DNA of 64,000 bases from a virus, in IMG/VR virus record IMGVR_UViG_3300025534_000008, positions 3,310 to 67,309 of that record; one strand, written 5' to 3'. Shown here piece after piece: positions 38,192 through 48,838 of this stretch. Made by a program: the position numbers and the translations under genes. Below the pieces are notes generated by a model, which was not told the origin of the DNA, made no database searches, and was given only the letters and a program-made list of their open reading frames with translations. Every line of letters starts with the position of its first letter. Positions within the stretch are counted from its first letter, which is position 1.

Positions 38192-39175
38192 GTGTATCTC
38201 CCCTACTCTATTTATTTTTATAGAAATAGAGTCGGGGAGGTTAAGATATTGAACAAAGAATTGCTAAATATATGTTACAAAAAGCACAATAAAGAAATTG
38301 ATAAATCTTGGGAAGAACTTGCAAAGCAATATAATTTTTCTTCAGGAGAATGTTTGCGTAGTTGGTTTAAAAGAATACGTAGAGAAAATGGAGAAATAGG
38401 ATATAAAAATAAAACAAGAATATTACATATATCTGATAATCATTACCCATTTAATCTTCCAAAAGAAGTTTTAAAAGGATATGTTGATAAAGTTGATGTG
38501 CTTGTCTTTGGTGGAGATGAACAAGATTGTCAATCAGTTAGTAAATTTAAGAAAAAATATAGAGTACCATTTGTAGATGAAATGATAGGTACTCGGCAAA
38601 TGATTATAGATATTATTGAGTACATAAAACCAAAACAAGTTAAATTAATAGCAGGCAATCATAACTATCGTTTAATTAATTATTTTAGTGAAAAGGTGCA
38701 TGAAGATTTATTAACTCTGATGCCTGAAACTAATCTTGATTTTATTATAGATTTAGGATTTTGGAAACATGACCATCAAACAAAAAGTAAAACTTTTTAT
38801 GAACCATTAACCAAAGTATTTGATGGAAAAATTGATATTGAATATATGAAAAATTGGTGGTGTAAGGTTGGGAATACACTTTTTGCTCATCCGAAGGCGT
38901 TTAGGAATGGTATACTTGCTACTACAGAAAAAGCATATTTATATTTCCTTCAATTAGGTGAAAAATTCGATACGCTTTGTCTTTCTCATACGCATCATCA
39001 AGGTTTTAGCAGATATGGTGGTGTATATATGTATGAAAGTGGTTGTTTATGCGAAGAACAATCTTATGCTTCAGATGGCACTATGATAAGACCACAAGAT
39101 AAAGGATTTGTATATTTAGTACAGGATGAACAAGGTAATCTTATATATGATGAATCAAAATTAATTTGTTTATAG
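38192..39175 (+). CDS. Calcineurin-like metallophosphoesterase with N-terminal HTH (YonJ-like)
   Basis: ISDNH, GGDEQD, AGNHN, AHP, SHTH motifs; true start probably about 38248. Confidence 0.85.
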   Translation: MYLPYSIYFYRNRVGEVKILNKELLNICYKKHNKEIDKSWEELAKQYNFSSGECLRSWFKRIRRENGEIGYKNKTRILHISDNHYPFNLPKEVLKGYVDKVDVLVFGGDEQDCQSVSKFKKKYRVPFVDEMIGTRQMIIDIIEYIKPKQVKLIAGNHNYRLINYFSEKVHEDLLTLMPETNLDFIIDLGFWKHDHQTKSKTFYEPLTKVFDGKIDIEYMKNWWCKVGNTLFAHPKAFRNGILATTEKAYLYFLQLGEKFDTLCLSHTHHQGFSRYGGVYMYESGCLCEEQSYASDGTMIRPQDKGFVYLVQDEQGNLIYDESKLICL

Positions 39176-39188
39176 AAAGGCTAACAGT

Positions 39189-39602
39189 GTGGTTATTATG
39201 AGATTTAGGGAAGAAATTTATAAAGAAAATGGAGAAATTATTAAAAAATTTTATATAGATGATAAAGAAGTTACTCAAGATGTATACTACAATCTTACTG
39301 ATGAATTATATGAAAATACGAAATTAAAACAAGAAGAACATAATGATGAAATATGCGATTGTGAAGAATGTCAATATTTTCTTGAATTAATCAATGAAAT
39401 AAGAAATTCTTCCGATAAAGAAGCATTAGAAATATTAAAAAGCGAAATTGATTTTAGAGTACAAGAAGCATATATAGAAGGACAGCATGTGTTGGCTAAT
39501 GAGTTGGGTAATTCTCTTTTAAAACATGCAGTTAAATTAGAAGATGAACTTGATGATTTGTACGAAAATGGCAGTTTAAACGAATATAACGAAGATAGTT
39601 GA
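39189..39602 (+). CDS. Acidic hypothetical protein
   Basis: 137 aa, CDCEEC. Confidence 0.8.
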   Translation: MVIMRFREEIYKENGEIIKKFYIDDKEVTQDVYYNLTDELYENTKLKQEEHNDEICDCEECQYFLELINEIRNSSDKEALEILKSEIDFRVQEAYIEGQHVLANELGNSLLKHAVKLEDELDDLYENGSLNEYNEDS

Positions 39603-40612
39603 AAGAAGGTGTAAATGTGGCAAACACAAAGAATAAGAAAGCAAACACATTAGAGCCTTTTTGTGTTTGCTGCGGGTCAACAAAAAGTAGTGATTTTTAT
39701 ATGAGTAAAAGCAAATTGTTTGCTGCTACAGGAAAATTGTTGGTATGCAAACAATGTATAGACAATTTATTCAATGATTATTTTGCTTTGTACGGAGAAA
39801 ATAAAAAGGCAATGTATTTTCTTTGTAGAAGGTTAGATGTGCCGTTTTCTATAGCTGCGTTTAATGGTGCTACTAATCATTCTATAAAAACTGGTTGGAA
39901 AATATGGCAATCATATTTTAAAGAAATAAATTCTTTAGGTGGTACAAATAATTATGGAGATTGTTTTGACCAAAGTGATGATTTTCTTGATGATGAAAAT
40001 ACAGAAAATAATAATATAAATTTAGAAAAAGAAGATTTATATATTTCAGATGAATTAGTACGTAAATGGGGCAATTTACCACAACAAGATATAATTTTTT
40101 TAGAAGAGCAATATAGAGAATGGTGTACAAGATATGATGTTTCTACTAAAGCTATGGAGTTATTAGTTCAGGAAATATGTTACCAACAATTAAATATAAA
40201 AAAGAATAGAGAACGTGGTAACAACGTTAGCAAAGAATTAAAAGATTTACAGGATTTAATGAATTCTGCTGCTTTAAAGCCAATTCAAGAAAGTGCAGCT
40301 ATGGCTGCTGATGTAAACACATTGGGTACTTGGATTAAGAAGTTTGAAAATGAAAAGCCAATTCCAGAGCCAGATCCAGAATTTCAAGATGTTGATGGTA
40401 TTAAAAAATATATTAGAGTTTGGTTTTTAGGACATTTCTGCCGTATGCTAGGTATTAATAATGAATATGCAAAAGAATACGAAGAAGAAACAAGGAAATA
40501 TTCAGTAGATATAACAGAAGAAGAATTGTCTAAAAATAAAAATATAAACAATGATGATGAAGAATATGATAATGGTATAGATGAAGAAGGTGTTCATGAT
40601 GCCTTGGTATAG
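39599..40612 (+). CDS. Zn-binding protein preceding TerL (possible small terminase)
   Basis: CVCCG...CKQC; position directly before the terminase. Confidence 0.55.
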   Translation: MKEGVNVANTKNKKANTLEPFCVCCGSTKSSDFYMSKSKLFAATGKLLVCKQCIDNLFNDYFALYGENKKAMYFLCRRLDVPFSIAAFNGATNHSIKTGWKIWQSYFKEINSLGGTNNYGDCFDQSDDFLDDENTENNNINLEKEDLYISDELVRKWGNLPQQDIIFLEEQYREWCTRYDVSTKAMELLVQEICYQQLNIKKNRERGNNVSKELKDLQDLMNSAALKPIQESAAMAADVNTLGTWIKKFENEKPIPEPDPEFQDVDGIKKYIRVWFLGHFCRMLGINNEYAKEYEEETRKYSVDITEEELSKNKNINNDDEEYDNGIDEEGVHDALV

Positions 40613-42422
40613 TGACTATGAACACCCCGATAAAAAGAACAGTATAAAAGACAATGTATTTGAACAAAGACGAAGTTTTAATAGACAAACAGATGCTATG
40701 ATGAAGCAAGAACGATTTATGAATGGTCTTGCTGTATGGATTGGGTATTGGAGAGAAAATCCGCATAGGTTCGTTTCCGAATATTTACAAATTACTCCAT
40801 TTTCGTTATTTCAAAAAATATTAATATATTTAATGTTTCATGTAGATTATTTTCTTTGGTGGGCATCGAGGGGAATTGGCAAGTCGCATCTTGTTGCCCT
40901 TTATTGTATAGTAAGATGTATTTTATACCCTGGCACAAAAATATGTATAGCAGCAGGTACAAAATCACAAAGTTTAAACGTAATAAGTGAGAAAATAAAA
41001 GGATTTTACGACAATTGTCCTAATTTACAAAGGGAAATATGTGAATTAAAGACAGCGATAAACGACCCTATTGTTAGGTTTCATAATGGCAGTTGGATAA
41101 AAGTTGTTGCTGCTAATGATAATGCTCGTAGTGCAAGAGCAAATGTTTTAGTTGTTGATGAATTTAGAATGGTTGACATAGAAGTAATAAAAAAGGTTTT
41201 AAGGAAGTTCTTGACTTCTCGTAGACAGCCAGGCTATTTAAAACATAAAGAATATGAGGGAATACAAGAGCCTAATACTGAAATATATTTGTCTTCGTGT
41301 TGGTTGAAAAGCCATTGGAGTTGGGATAGGTTTTTGGCATTTAAAGACGCTATGCTTGCAGGTAGAAGATATTTTACCTGTGGTTTTCCTTATCAATTAG
41401 GGGCAAAGCATGGAATAATTGACAGACAAAGAATAATAGACGAAATGAGCGAAAGCGACTTCGATCCGCTTTCTTTCCAAGTTGAGATGGAGACAATACC
41501 TTTTGGTGAGTCTGAAAAAGCATATTTTAAATTTGATGATTTGAATAAGTGCAGAAACATAACTAAACCATTGATACCATTGTCTAATTCTGATTATATT
41601 CAATTTAAAGGAGACTTAAAGAAAAATAAATTTTATAAACCCAAACATAAGAATGAGTTTAGATTATTAAGTGTTGACTGTGCTTTAATGGGCGGTCGTG
41701 AAAATGACCAAACTGTTTTTACATTTATTAGGTGTATTCCAAATAATGATGAATACATAAAATCAGTTGAATATATAGAGACAATGGAAGGTCAGCATAC
41801 AAGTGTTCAAGCGTTACGTCTTAAACAATTATTCTATGATTTAGAATGTGATATAGTTGCAATGGATACTAATGGTAATGCTATAGGCATTTATGATGAA
41901 TGTACTAAAGTTACGTTCGATAATGCACGTGGTATAGAATATCCTGCATTTACAGCATTTAATGATGAAAAAATGCAAGATAGAGCATACGATAAAGATG
42001 CCTTACCAGTAATATATTCTATAAAAGTTACTGGTGCTAATGCCACGCAAACAAACCACGAAATGGCTATATATACTAAAACTCAATTTGAGAAACGTAA
42101 AATAAAATTGTTGGTTAATGAAATTGAAGGTCGTGAATATATTCTTGACAATCAACAATCTTTAAAATTAGATGATACTGATATTGCAAGATTAAACGCT
42201 TGTTATTTCCAAACAACAAGACTAATTACTGAAATGATTAATCTTGAAATGGAAGTACGTAGTGGTTTTATAAAATTGACCGAACCAGCAGGACATAGAA
42301 AGGATAGATACAGCAGTTTAGCGTATGGTTTGTATTATATAAAACAGAAAGAAATGGAATTAAGGGTAAAAGAAGATACAAGCAATAAACTTGAAATACT
42401 GTTGAAATATAGTTACATATAG
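40581..42422 (+). CDS. terL: Terminase large subunit
   Basis: Walker A ASRGIGKS, Walker B VVDE, nuclease VDCA...ND and KDRYSS; start about 40596. Confidence 0.93.
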   Translation: MKKVFMMPWYSDYEHPDKKNSIKDNVFEQRRSFNRQTDAMMKQERFMNGLAVWIGYWRENPHRFVSEYLQITPFSLFQKILIYLMFHVDYFLWWASRGIGKSHLVALYCIVRCILYPGTKICIAAGTKSQSLNVISEKIKGFYDNCPNLQREICELKTAINDPIVRFHNGSWIKVVAANDNARSARANVLVVDEFRMVDIEVIKKVLRKFLTSRRQPGYLKHKEYEGIQEPNTEIYLSSCWLKSHWSWDRFLAFKDAMLAGRRYFTCGFPYQLGAKHGIIDRQRIIDEMSESDFDPLSFQVEMETIPFGESEKAYFKFDDLNKCRNITKPLIPLSNSDYIQFKGDLKKNKFYKPKHKNEFRLLSVDCALMGGRENDQTVFTFIRCIPNNDEYIKSVEYIETMEGQHTSVQALRLKQLFYDLECDIVAMDTNGNAIGIYDECTKVTFDNARGIEYPAFTAFNDEKMQDRAYDKDALPVIYSIKVTGANATQTNHEMAIYTKTQFEKRKIKLLVNEIEGREYILDNQQSLKLDDTDIARLNACYFQTTRLITEMINLEMEVRSGFIKLTEPAGHRKDRYSSLAYGLYYIKQKEMELRVKEDTSNKLEILLKYSYI

Positions 42423-42443
42423 TTTCAGAAAGGTGGTGAAAAA

Positions 42444-44000
42444 GTGCCACGTAAAGAAATTCAAGAAGATTCTAATTTTGCATTAGAATTTGCAAGAAGT
42501 CTTACACAGTTAAATGCTTATTTATTTAATCCTTTGCTTGCAAATAGTTATCTTAAAGATATAAACATGCGTCCTGTTGAACAAGACAGAGAACGTATAA
42601 AAAAACTTATCGCTAATCCGAGAGATAACGAACAAGCATTAAGAAGATTATCACAATATTTATATAATACACAGACTACATACAAACGAATGATACATTA
42701 TTTGTCAGACATTCTTACGTTTGACTGGTATCCTATTCCTATAAATGCTACTGAAGAAGATATGAAAAAGTCTACATTTAAAAAAGATTATGATAATATG
42801 TGTAGTTGGTTTGATAAGTTTAATGTAAAAAAGGAATTTTCAAAAGCATTATTAAAAATGTCTTTGGAAGATGGGTATTTTGTATATTTGCGTGAAAGCA
42901 AAGATGCTTTGTTTTTACAGGAAATGCCTATTGATTGGTGTATAGTAGATTCTTATTGGGAATATGGATATATGTATTCATTTAATCTTATGTATTTTCA
43001 GCAAATGGGTGTTGATATAAATGGGTTTGCACCAGAGTTTAAAAAATATTATAAAAATGCTTTAGATATGCAAAAAAATAAAACATATTATCCTAATATA
43101 AAAGCAGAAATGAGGAATGGTCAATGGATGTATTGGCAACAAATAAGTCCTGAAAACGGTTGGGTGTTTAAATTCCATACTCATTTTGCTGGATTAGTTC
43201 CACCTTTAATGGGTGTATTTTTAGATTTTGCAGACATACCATATTTGAAGGATTTGCAAAAAATAAAAGCAGATTTGGAAGTTTATAAGATAATACTTGG
43301 TGCAGTTCCAAGAAACAAAGAAAATAAAACAGGTTCAAAAGCAGATGATTTTGCAGTTGACCCTAATACATTGGCTGAATTTATAAAAATTGCTAAAAAC
43401 AATTTACCATCAAGTGTTGATATTAAAGCATTACCTTTGGAAAATCCAGAAATATTTTCTTTTGATAATGCAACGGAAGTTAAAAGTGACGTAGTATTAA
43501 AGGCATTGAATAACATCTTCTCTCAGACAGGTATAGATAAAAATTTATTTAATACAGACAGAGCAAATGTTGCATCAATGAATATATCTAAACTTATTGA
43601 TTCAGTATTTATTGAAAGATTATATAAGCAGTTTGAAGATTTTTGTACTTATCATGTAAATAGATTGACAAAACGATATAAGTTCCGTATCGTGTTTGAA
43701 GGTACAATCCATGATAGAGAAGATAGACAAAAACATGCTTTGGAGTTAGCACAAAATGGTATTATAACACCTAAAATTGCTTCTGCTGAAGGCATGAGTA
43801 TAAAAGAATTAGATGCTGGTATGCTTCTTATGAAGTGGCTTGGTTTCCCTGATAAGTTGACACCTATCAAAACTTCTTATGTAATGCCGAAAGAAGATAG
43901 TAAAGGTGGCAGACCAAAAAGCGATATTAAAACAGAATCAAGCGAAATTACGGAAACGGCTGGAAGCAATATAGACAAAGAAATAGATGATTATGATTAA
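42444..44000 (+). CDS. Portal protein
   Basis: 518 aa between TerL and the protease; SPbeta-like synteny. Confidence 0.8.
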   Translation: MPRKEIQEDSNFALEFARSLTQLNAYLFNPLLANSYLKDINMRPVEQDRERIKKLIANPRDNEQALRRLSQYLYNTQTTYKRMIHYLSDILTFDWYPIPINATEEDMKKSTFKKDYDNMCSWFDKFNVKKEFSKALLKMSLEDGYFVYLRESKDALFLQEMPIDWCIVDSYWEYGYMYSFNLMYFQQMGVDINGFAPEFKKYYKNALDMQKNKTYYPNIKAEMRNGQWMYWQQISPENGWVFKFHTHFAGLVPPLMGVFLDFADIPYLKDLQKIKADLEVYKIILGAVPRNKENKTGSKADDFAVDPNTLAEFIKIAKNNLPSSVDIKALPLENPEIFSFDNATEVKSDVVLKALNNIFSQTGIDKNLFNTDRANVASMNISKLIDSVFIERLYKQFEDFCTYHVNRLTKRYKFRIVFEGTIHDREDRQKHALELAQNGIITPKIASAEGMSIKELDAGMLLMKWLGFPDKLTPIKTSYVMPKEDSKGGRPKSDIKTESSEITETAGSNIDKEIDDYD

Positions 44001-44015
44001 GAAAGGAAGTTTTGA

Positions 44016-44246
44016 ATGTTTGTGGTTAACCCAGAAACTATTAATGAAAAGAAATTTTATTGTAAGAGTAAAAACTTAAAAAAATTTTTATGTGAAATTA
44101 AAAATATAAAATATATATCAAGACAAATTGATGAAAATGATAAAAAAATAGTATGGATTTTTCTTAAAACAGAAGAATTGAGTAAAGCATTGTTGGAATG
44201 GAAGAAGAATAAGGAAACTGGTAATTTGGCATTTCCTAAAAAATGA
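44016..44246 (+). CDS. Small hypothetical protein
   Basis: 76 aa with WIFLKTEELSKALLEW. Confidence 0.7.
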   Translation: MFVVNPETINEKKFYCKSKNLKKFLCEIKNIKYISRQIDENDKKIVWIFLKTEELSKALLEWKKNKETGNLAFPKK

Positions 44247-44283
44247 CCACTTCTTCCCTACTCTATAGAAAGGTGGTGAAGAT

Positions 44284-45993
44284 GTGAATAATGTTGTAAG
44301 TTTTACAATAAACAAATATAATATACAGGATATAAGTGACAATCAATTAGCAAAGATAGAAATGTGGGTTGCAAAAAGCGGTGACAACAAACATAATCTT
44401 CCCATAACCGAAGATGCTATAAGACAGTCAGCAGATACCCTTGTTGGCAAACCAATACTTTATAAATATAATAAATACACGAAAGACTTCATGGGGCATG
44501 AGGTAGACGAAATTCCATGTGGAGTTGTACTATCTAAAGATGATATTAGGTTTGAGTATGATGAAAATGAAGAATTATGGCTTGTATGTACTGCTTATAT
44601 ATGGAAGTATTACTGTCCCGAAGTATTAGAAGTATTTAAAAATCATGATGGTGAAAAACCTATATCAATGGAGATACAGATAGTTGAAAGCCAACAAAAA
44701 GACGATAAAACAGAGATTTTATCGTTTGTTTTTTTAGGTGTAACATTGATTGGTGATTCTCCTGCTATTCCTAACGCAAAAGCAACTGTATTAAAATTTT
44801 CTGAAGTGGTTGAAGAAGTGAAAAAAATATTGTTTGCTGTGTCTAAAGAAGATATGGGTAAGGGAGACCCTATTAAAATAGATTTATCTAAAGAAGCAGC
44901 AGATATGACTACATCTTGGGGTGATGTTGATAAAATAAAATTAAGAGACACCATTTTAAAAGCTAAAAATTATAAAACATTGGTTAACAAATGCTATTTG
45001 GTTGTTGAAGATGGATGGGAGGATTCTCCTAGTTTAAAACTCAAATATCCTGTATGCAGAATAAAAGATAATACGTTAGTATTATGCAAGTCTGGATGTG
45101 AAGCTGCGCTTTCTTTCTTAGAAAGAAACACAAATGCAGACTATTATAAATCTGCAAAAGCAAAATTAAAAAAATATTATAAAATACTTGGTTTAGATAC
45201 AAGTAACTTTTCATGTAAGGATGGTGAAGATATGAAATTTAATAAAGAAGAATTTGCTCAAACCTTTGGCATTACTGCAAATGAAATGTGGAACATTCTT
45301 CAATCTGCTTGTAATGATGTCAAATACAAAAATGGAGATATGGAATGTAGCAAATATTGGATGAGAGATTACGATGAAGATTATATTTATGCTATGGATG
45401 AAGAATTAAATAAAACTGTTGCTATTCCATACTCTATTGAAGATGGTGTAGCTAAACTTAATCTTGAAGGTGTAAAACGTGCAAAAATGACTTATGTCAT
45501 TATAGATGATGATGAAGATGAAAAAGACGATTTAATGGAATTTGTACATAAGTTAGTTGCAGAAAAAGAAAAGGCATTTGCAATAGAGAAAGAACAGCTT
45601 AATAAAGATATTGTTTCTTATAAAGAGAAAGTATCTGAATTGGAAAAAGTATCAGAAAAGTTTTCTGCTCTTGAAAAAGAAGTTGAAACATTGAAAGAAG
45701 AAAAAGCTAAACTTCTTGAATTTAAGACTAATGTTGAAGAACAAGAAAGAAAATCTAAAATTGAATTTGCAATCAATTCTGTTGCTGATGATTTAACACA
45801 AGAACAGATTGACGAATGGCGTGAAAAGGCTAAAGAATTTAGCAATCCAGATGATTTTAGTAATGCTATTAAGGCATTTGCTTATAGTGTTGCAAAATCT
45901 AAGAACAAAGGTGATGTTGGCTCTATAAGAGTTCCGATACATATAGATATTGTTGATGATAACACAAACAAGAGTTTGTGGGATAGGCTTTAA
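44284..45993 (+). CDS. Prohead protease/scaffold protein
   Basis: FMGHE, ISMEI, FLGVTLIG protease-like motifs; C-terminal acidic coiled coil. Confidence 0.8.
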   Translation: MNNVVSFTINKYNIQDISDNQLAKIEMWVAKSGDNKHNLPITEDAIRQSADTLVGKPILYKYNKYTKDFMGHEVDEIPCGVVLSKDDIRFEYDENEELWLVCTAYIWKYYCPEVLEVFKNHDGEKPISMEIQIVESQQKDDKTEILSFVFLGVTLIGDSPAIPNAKATVLKFSEVVEEVKKILFAVSKEDMGKGDPIKIDLSKEAADMTTSWGDVDKIKLRDTILKAKNYKTLVNKCYLVVEDGWEDSPSLKLKYPVCRIKDNTLVLCKSGCEAALSFLERNTNADYYKSAKAKLKKYYKILGLDTSNFSCKDGEDMKFNKEEFAQTFGITANEMWNILQSACNDVKYKNGDMECSKYWMRDYDEDYIYAMDEELNKTVAIPYSIEDGVAKLNLEGVKRAKMTYVIIDDDEDEKDDLMEFVHKLVAEKEKAFAIEKEQLNKDIVSYKEKVSELEKVSEKFSALEKEVETLKEEKAKLLEFKTNVEEQERKSKIEFAINSVADDLTQEQIDEWREKAKEFSNPDDFSNAIKAFAYSVAKSKNKGDVGSIRVPIHIDIVDDNTNKSLWDRL

Positions 45994-46027
45994 TTATTAA
46001 TATAAAATTTAAAGGAGGAATTTATTT

Positions 46028-46549
46028 ATGGCATATTCAGTTCTTATAGCTGGTGAAATAGCTGCTAAAAATATTGATGCGTTGAATAAATTTGGTAAGG
46101 CTGCTGTTGCAGTTGAAAACGGTCATGTCGTTGCTTTAGGAGATAAGTCTAATGTAAAAGGTGAGAACGATGTTTACAATGTAAATGTTCCTGCTACTGC
46201 TACTTTAGCAACTGATATTTTCTACATGGTAAACGAACCTGTAAATGTATTGGTGAATGGTAAATATTCTGGGCTTACTGATGACCCTAGGGAATTTAAT
46301 ATTCCTGCTGGTAAGAAGTTTACTATGTATAAACCTTTAATTGGTGACGAAGTGATAATTACTGCTGATGGTCTTGCAGGTACTAAGGGTACTAATACTT
46401 ATGTAGTTCCAGCAGATGGTACTACGAAACTTACTTGGGCTGCTGATGGTACTGGTGTTTCTCTTGCTTATAAGTATGTTGGAGACACTTATGTATCGAT
46501 TGGCAATGAAAGAGTACCAGCTTATAGGTTTATTTGTGTAAAGGCTTAA
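46028..46549 (+). CDS. Head decoration/cement protein (putative)
   Basis: Small beta-rich protein between scaffold and capsid genes. Confidence 0.6.
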   Translation: MAYSVLIAGEIAAKNIDALNKFGKAAVAVENGHVVALGDKSNVKGENDVYNVNVPATATLATDIFYMVNEPVNVLVNGKYSGLTDDPREFNIPAGKKFTMYKPLIGDEVIITADGLAGTKGTNTYVVPADGTTKLTWAADGTGVSLAYKYVGDTYVSIGNERVPAYRFICVKA

Positions 46550-46563
46550 AATATTAAAATAAA

Positions 46564-47670
46564 ATGAAAGGAGAATATCATATGATAAGAATTCCAGATA
46601 ATGTATTGAAATTTTCTAATGGAAATGTAGATTTGTATAAAGCATGGGGAGATTATTTCAATCACTATAGAGCAGTAAATTTCAAAACTAATGTTGATTA
46701 TGATAGAAACGTATCTTTTGAGGAAAAAACCGAGAAATTGCATAAAGCAATAGAAGCAAGGATTGGTGAAGTTGCAGGAATCAACAATACTGGTTTCTCT
46801 GATGCAGTATGGAAAACCAATCCTAACTACAGATGGGCTACTTTTGCAGTCATTGGTTCAATGATAGATATGGTTATACCTGAAGTTGTAGTTGATGACT
46901 TTATGCAGGTTGCAGAAGTCAGAAATGGTGGATTTGGTGATAATTTTGTATTTGATATTGCTTCTAGCGATTTGTTTATAGTATCAAAAGGTGCTAATGG
47001 TAAGAGACATACTTTTGCACAGAGACAGTTTAACGGGCAGGTTACTCTTATTCCAGAGCCTCGTTTTGTAACCGTAGAAGAAGATTTGTATAGAATTTTG
47101 TGTGGTAAGAGAAATCTTGCTGAATATGCTATGAAGTGTGCTTTGGCTATGGAAAAAGAATTGTCTATTGATGTTTATAAGGCAATTAATGATACATATG
47201 CTACACTTCCTACTAATTTCAAAGAAGCTTCTTTTACTGTTGATGGATTTGTAAAACTTGCTCAGAGAGTACAGGCTGCTAATGGTGGTGCAAGATGTGT
47301 TGTATTTGGCACTAAACTTGGACTTTCTAAGATACTTCCTTCTAATGATTATCTTAAAATGCAGCTTGGCGACATTTATAACCGCATGGGTTACTTAACT
47401 ACTTTCATGGGTGTAGACTTGTTTGAAATTCCTCAGAAGATAGACGATGCCGCTGGAGATTATTCTTTTGCTCTTGAAGATGATAAATTGTATTTCATTT
47501 CTACTGGAGTACAGAAACTTGTAAAAATTGGCTTTGAAGGCGATACTATTACAATTACTGATGGTCAGTATGCAAATGCTAATCTTACTCAGGCTACTAC
47601 ACTTCAGAAGAGATGGGCTGTTGGTATTGCTACCAATGCTAAATACGGAATGATGGATGTAATAGCTTAA
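46564..47670 (+). CDS. Major capsid protein
   Basis: 368 aa, position and HK97-like pattern. Confidence 0.8.
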   Translation: MKGEYHMIRIPDNVLKFSNGNVDLYKAWGDYFNHYRAVNFKTNVDYDRNVSFEEKTEKLHKAIEARIGEVAGINNTGFSDAVWKTNPNYRWATFAVIGSMIDMVIPEVVVDDFMQVAEVRNGGFGDNFVFDIASSDLFIVSKGANGKRHTFAQRQFNGQVTLIPEPRFVTVEEDLYRILCGKRNLAEYAMKCALAMEKELSIDVYKAINDTYATLPTNFKEASFTVDGFVKLAQRVQAANGGARCVVFGTKLGLSKILPSNDYLKMQLGDIYNRMGYLTTFMGVDLFEIPQKIDDAAGDYSFALEDDKLYFISTGVQKLVKIGFEGDTITITDGQYANANLTQATTLQKRWAVGIATNAKYGMMDVIA

Positions 47671-47742
47671 TTATAAATAATGGGAAGTGGGTTAAAACCA
47701 CTTCCCTATTTAATTATAGTGGAAAGGATGGATTTGTAGAAA

Positions 47743-48372
47743 ATGGCTGGAAGACCGAGTACAAAAACAAATACTGAAAATAATGATTTAGCAAAAAGAA
47801 ATGAAGAACTTGAAAAAGAACTTGAAAAAATGAAAGAAATGTTGCAAAAATTAATGGCTGAAAAAAAAGTAGATACTAAGCAAAATTCTGAAATAAAAGA
47901 AGAAGTTTTTCCTGAAATACCAATGCACAAGCCAATAAAAGTAATGTCTTTATATACAGGTGGGTTAAATTTAAAGAAATATAACGATGACAAAACGCCT
48001 TTTAGGTTTAATTTTTTTGGTGAGACCCAACCTATTTTGTACGGCGATTTAGTAAAGATAATTTCACATCAGAGAAAGTTCTTTGAAGAAGGATACTGTG
48101 TAGTTCTTGACAATGATGTAATCAAGGTACATTACCTTGAAAAATTTATGAAGAAAATACTTGATAAAAAGACTATAGATAAACTACTAGAATATGATGA
48201 TGAAAAAATCAAAGATTTATATAATGGTACTACAAAGCAGTTAAAACAGACTATAGTTGATTTGATAGTAGATAAAATTGTTAAAAAGGAATATGTAGAT
48301 AGGAACAAAGTTGCAGTAATAAGCGAATTGTATGGAAAAGATTTATATGAAATTGCTGAACATTTGAAATAA
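47743..48372 (+). CDS. Hypothetical virion-module protein
   Basis: 209 aa after the capsid gene, N-terminal coiled coil. Confidence 0.7.
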   Translation: MAGRPSTKTNTENNDLAKRNEELEKELEKMKEMLQKLMAEKKVDTKQNSEIKEEVFPEIPMHKPIKVMSLYTGGLNLKKYNDDKTPFRFNFFGETQPILYGDLVKIISHQRKFFEEGYCVVLDNDVIKVHYLEKFMKKILDKKTIDKLLEYDDEKIKDLYNGTTKQLKQTIVDLIVDKIVKKEYVDRNKVAVISELYGKDLYEIAEHLK

Positions 48373-48388
48373 GAAGGGGTGGTAATTT

Positions 48389-48823
48389 ATGTCTACACCC
48401 TACAGTGACGTATTCAATTTGTTTCTCACATCAATTCAAGATTACAGGATAAATAAATTATATAGTCAATCTGTTGAACAAATGGAAAATTATTTAATAC
48501 CATTTTTAATTAAAGCTATAACAAATTTTAGAAAATGCAAAACGGATTTAGAAGATAGAGATGATGTAAATAAGATTTTCAATCAAACATTGTCAACAGA
48601 TGAAAAAGTTATTCTTTCTAATCTTATGATAGTTGAGTGGTTGACTAAAGAAGTCAATGATATATTAAGTCTTAGAAACTTTCTTCAAGATACCGATTTT
48701 AAGACGTATAGTCAAGCTAATAATCTTAAAGAAAAAAGAGAATTGTTAACCACTATGAAAGAAATAGTTGACAAACAAATTGTACAATATTCATATAATA
48801 ATTTTGATTGGTCTAAACTTTAG
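48389..48823 (+). CDS. Head-tail adaptor (putative)
   Basis: MSTPYSDVF...FKTYSQAN pattern and synteny. Confidence 0.6.
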   Translation: MSTPYSDVFNLFLTSIQDYRINKLYSQSVEQMENYLIPFLIKAITNFRKCKTDLEDRDDVNKIFNQTLSTDEKVILSNLMIVEWLTKEVNDILSLRNFLQDTDFKTYSQANNLKEKRELLTTMKEIVDKQIVQYSYNNFDWSKL

Positions 48824-48838
48824 AAAGGAGTTGATAAA

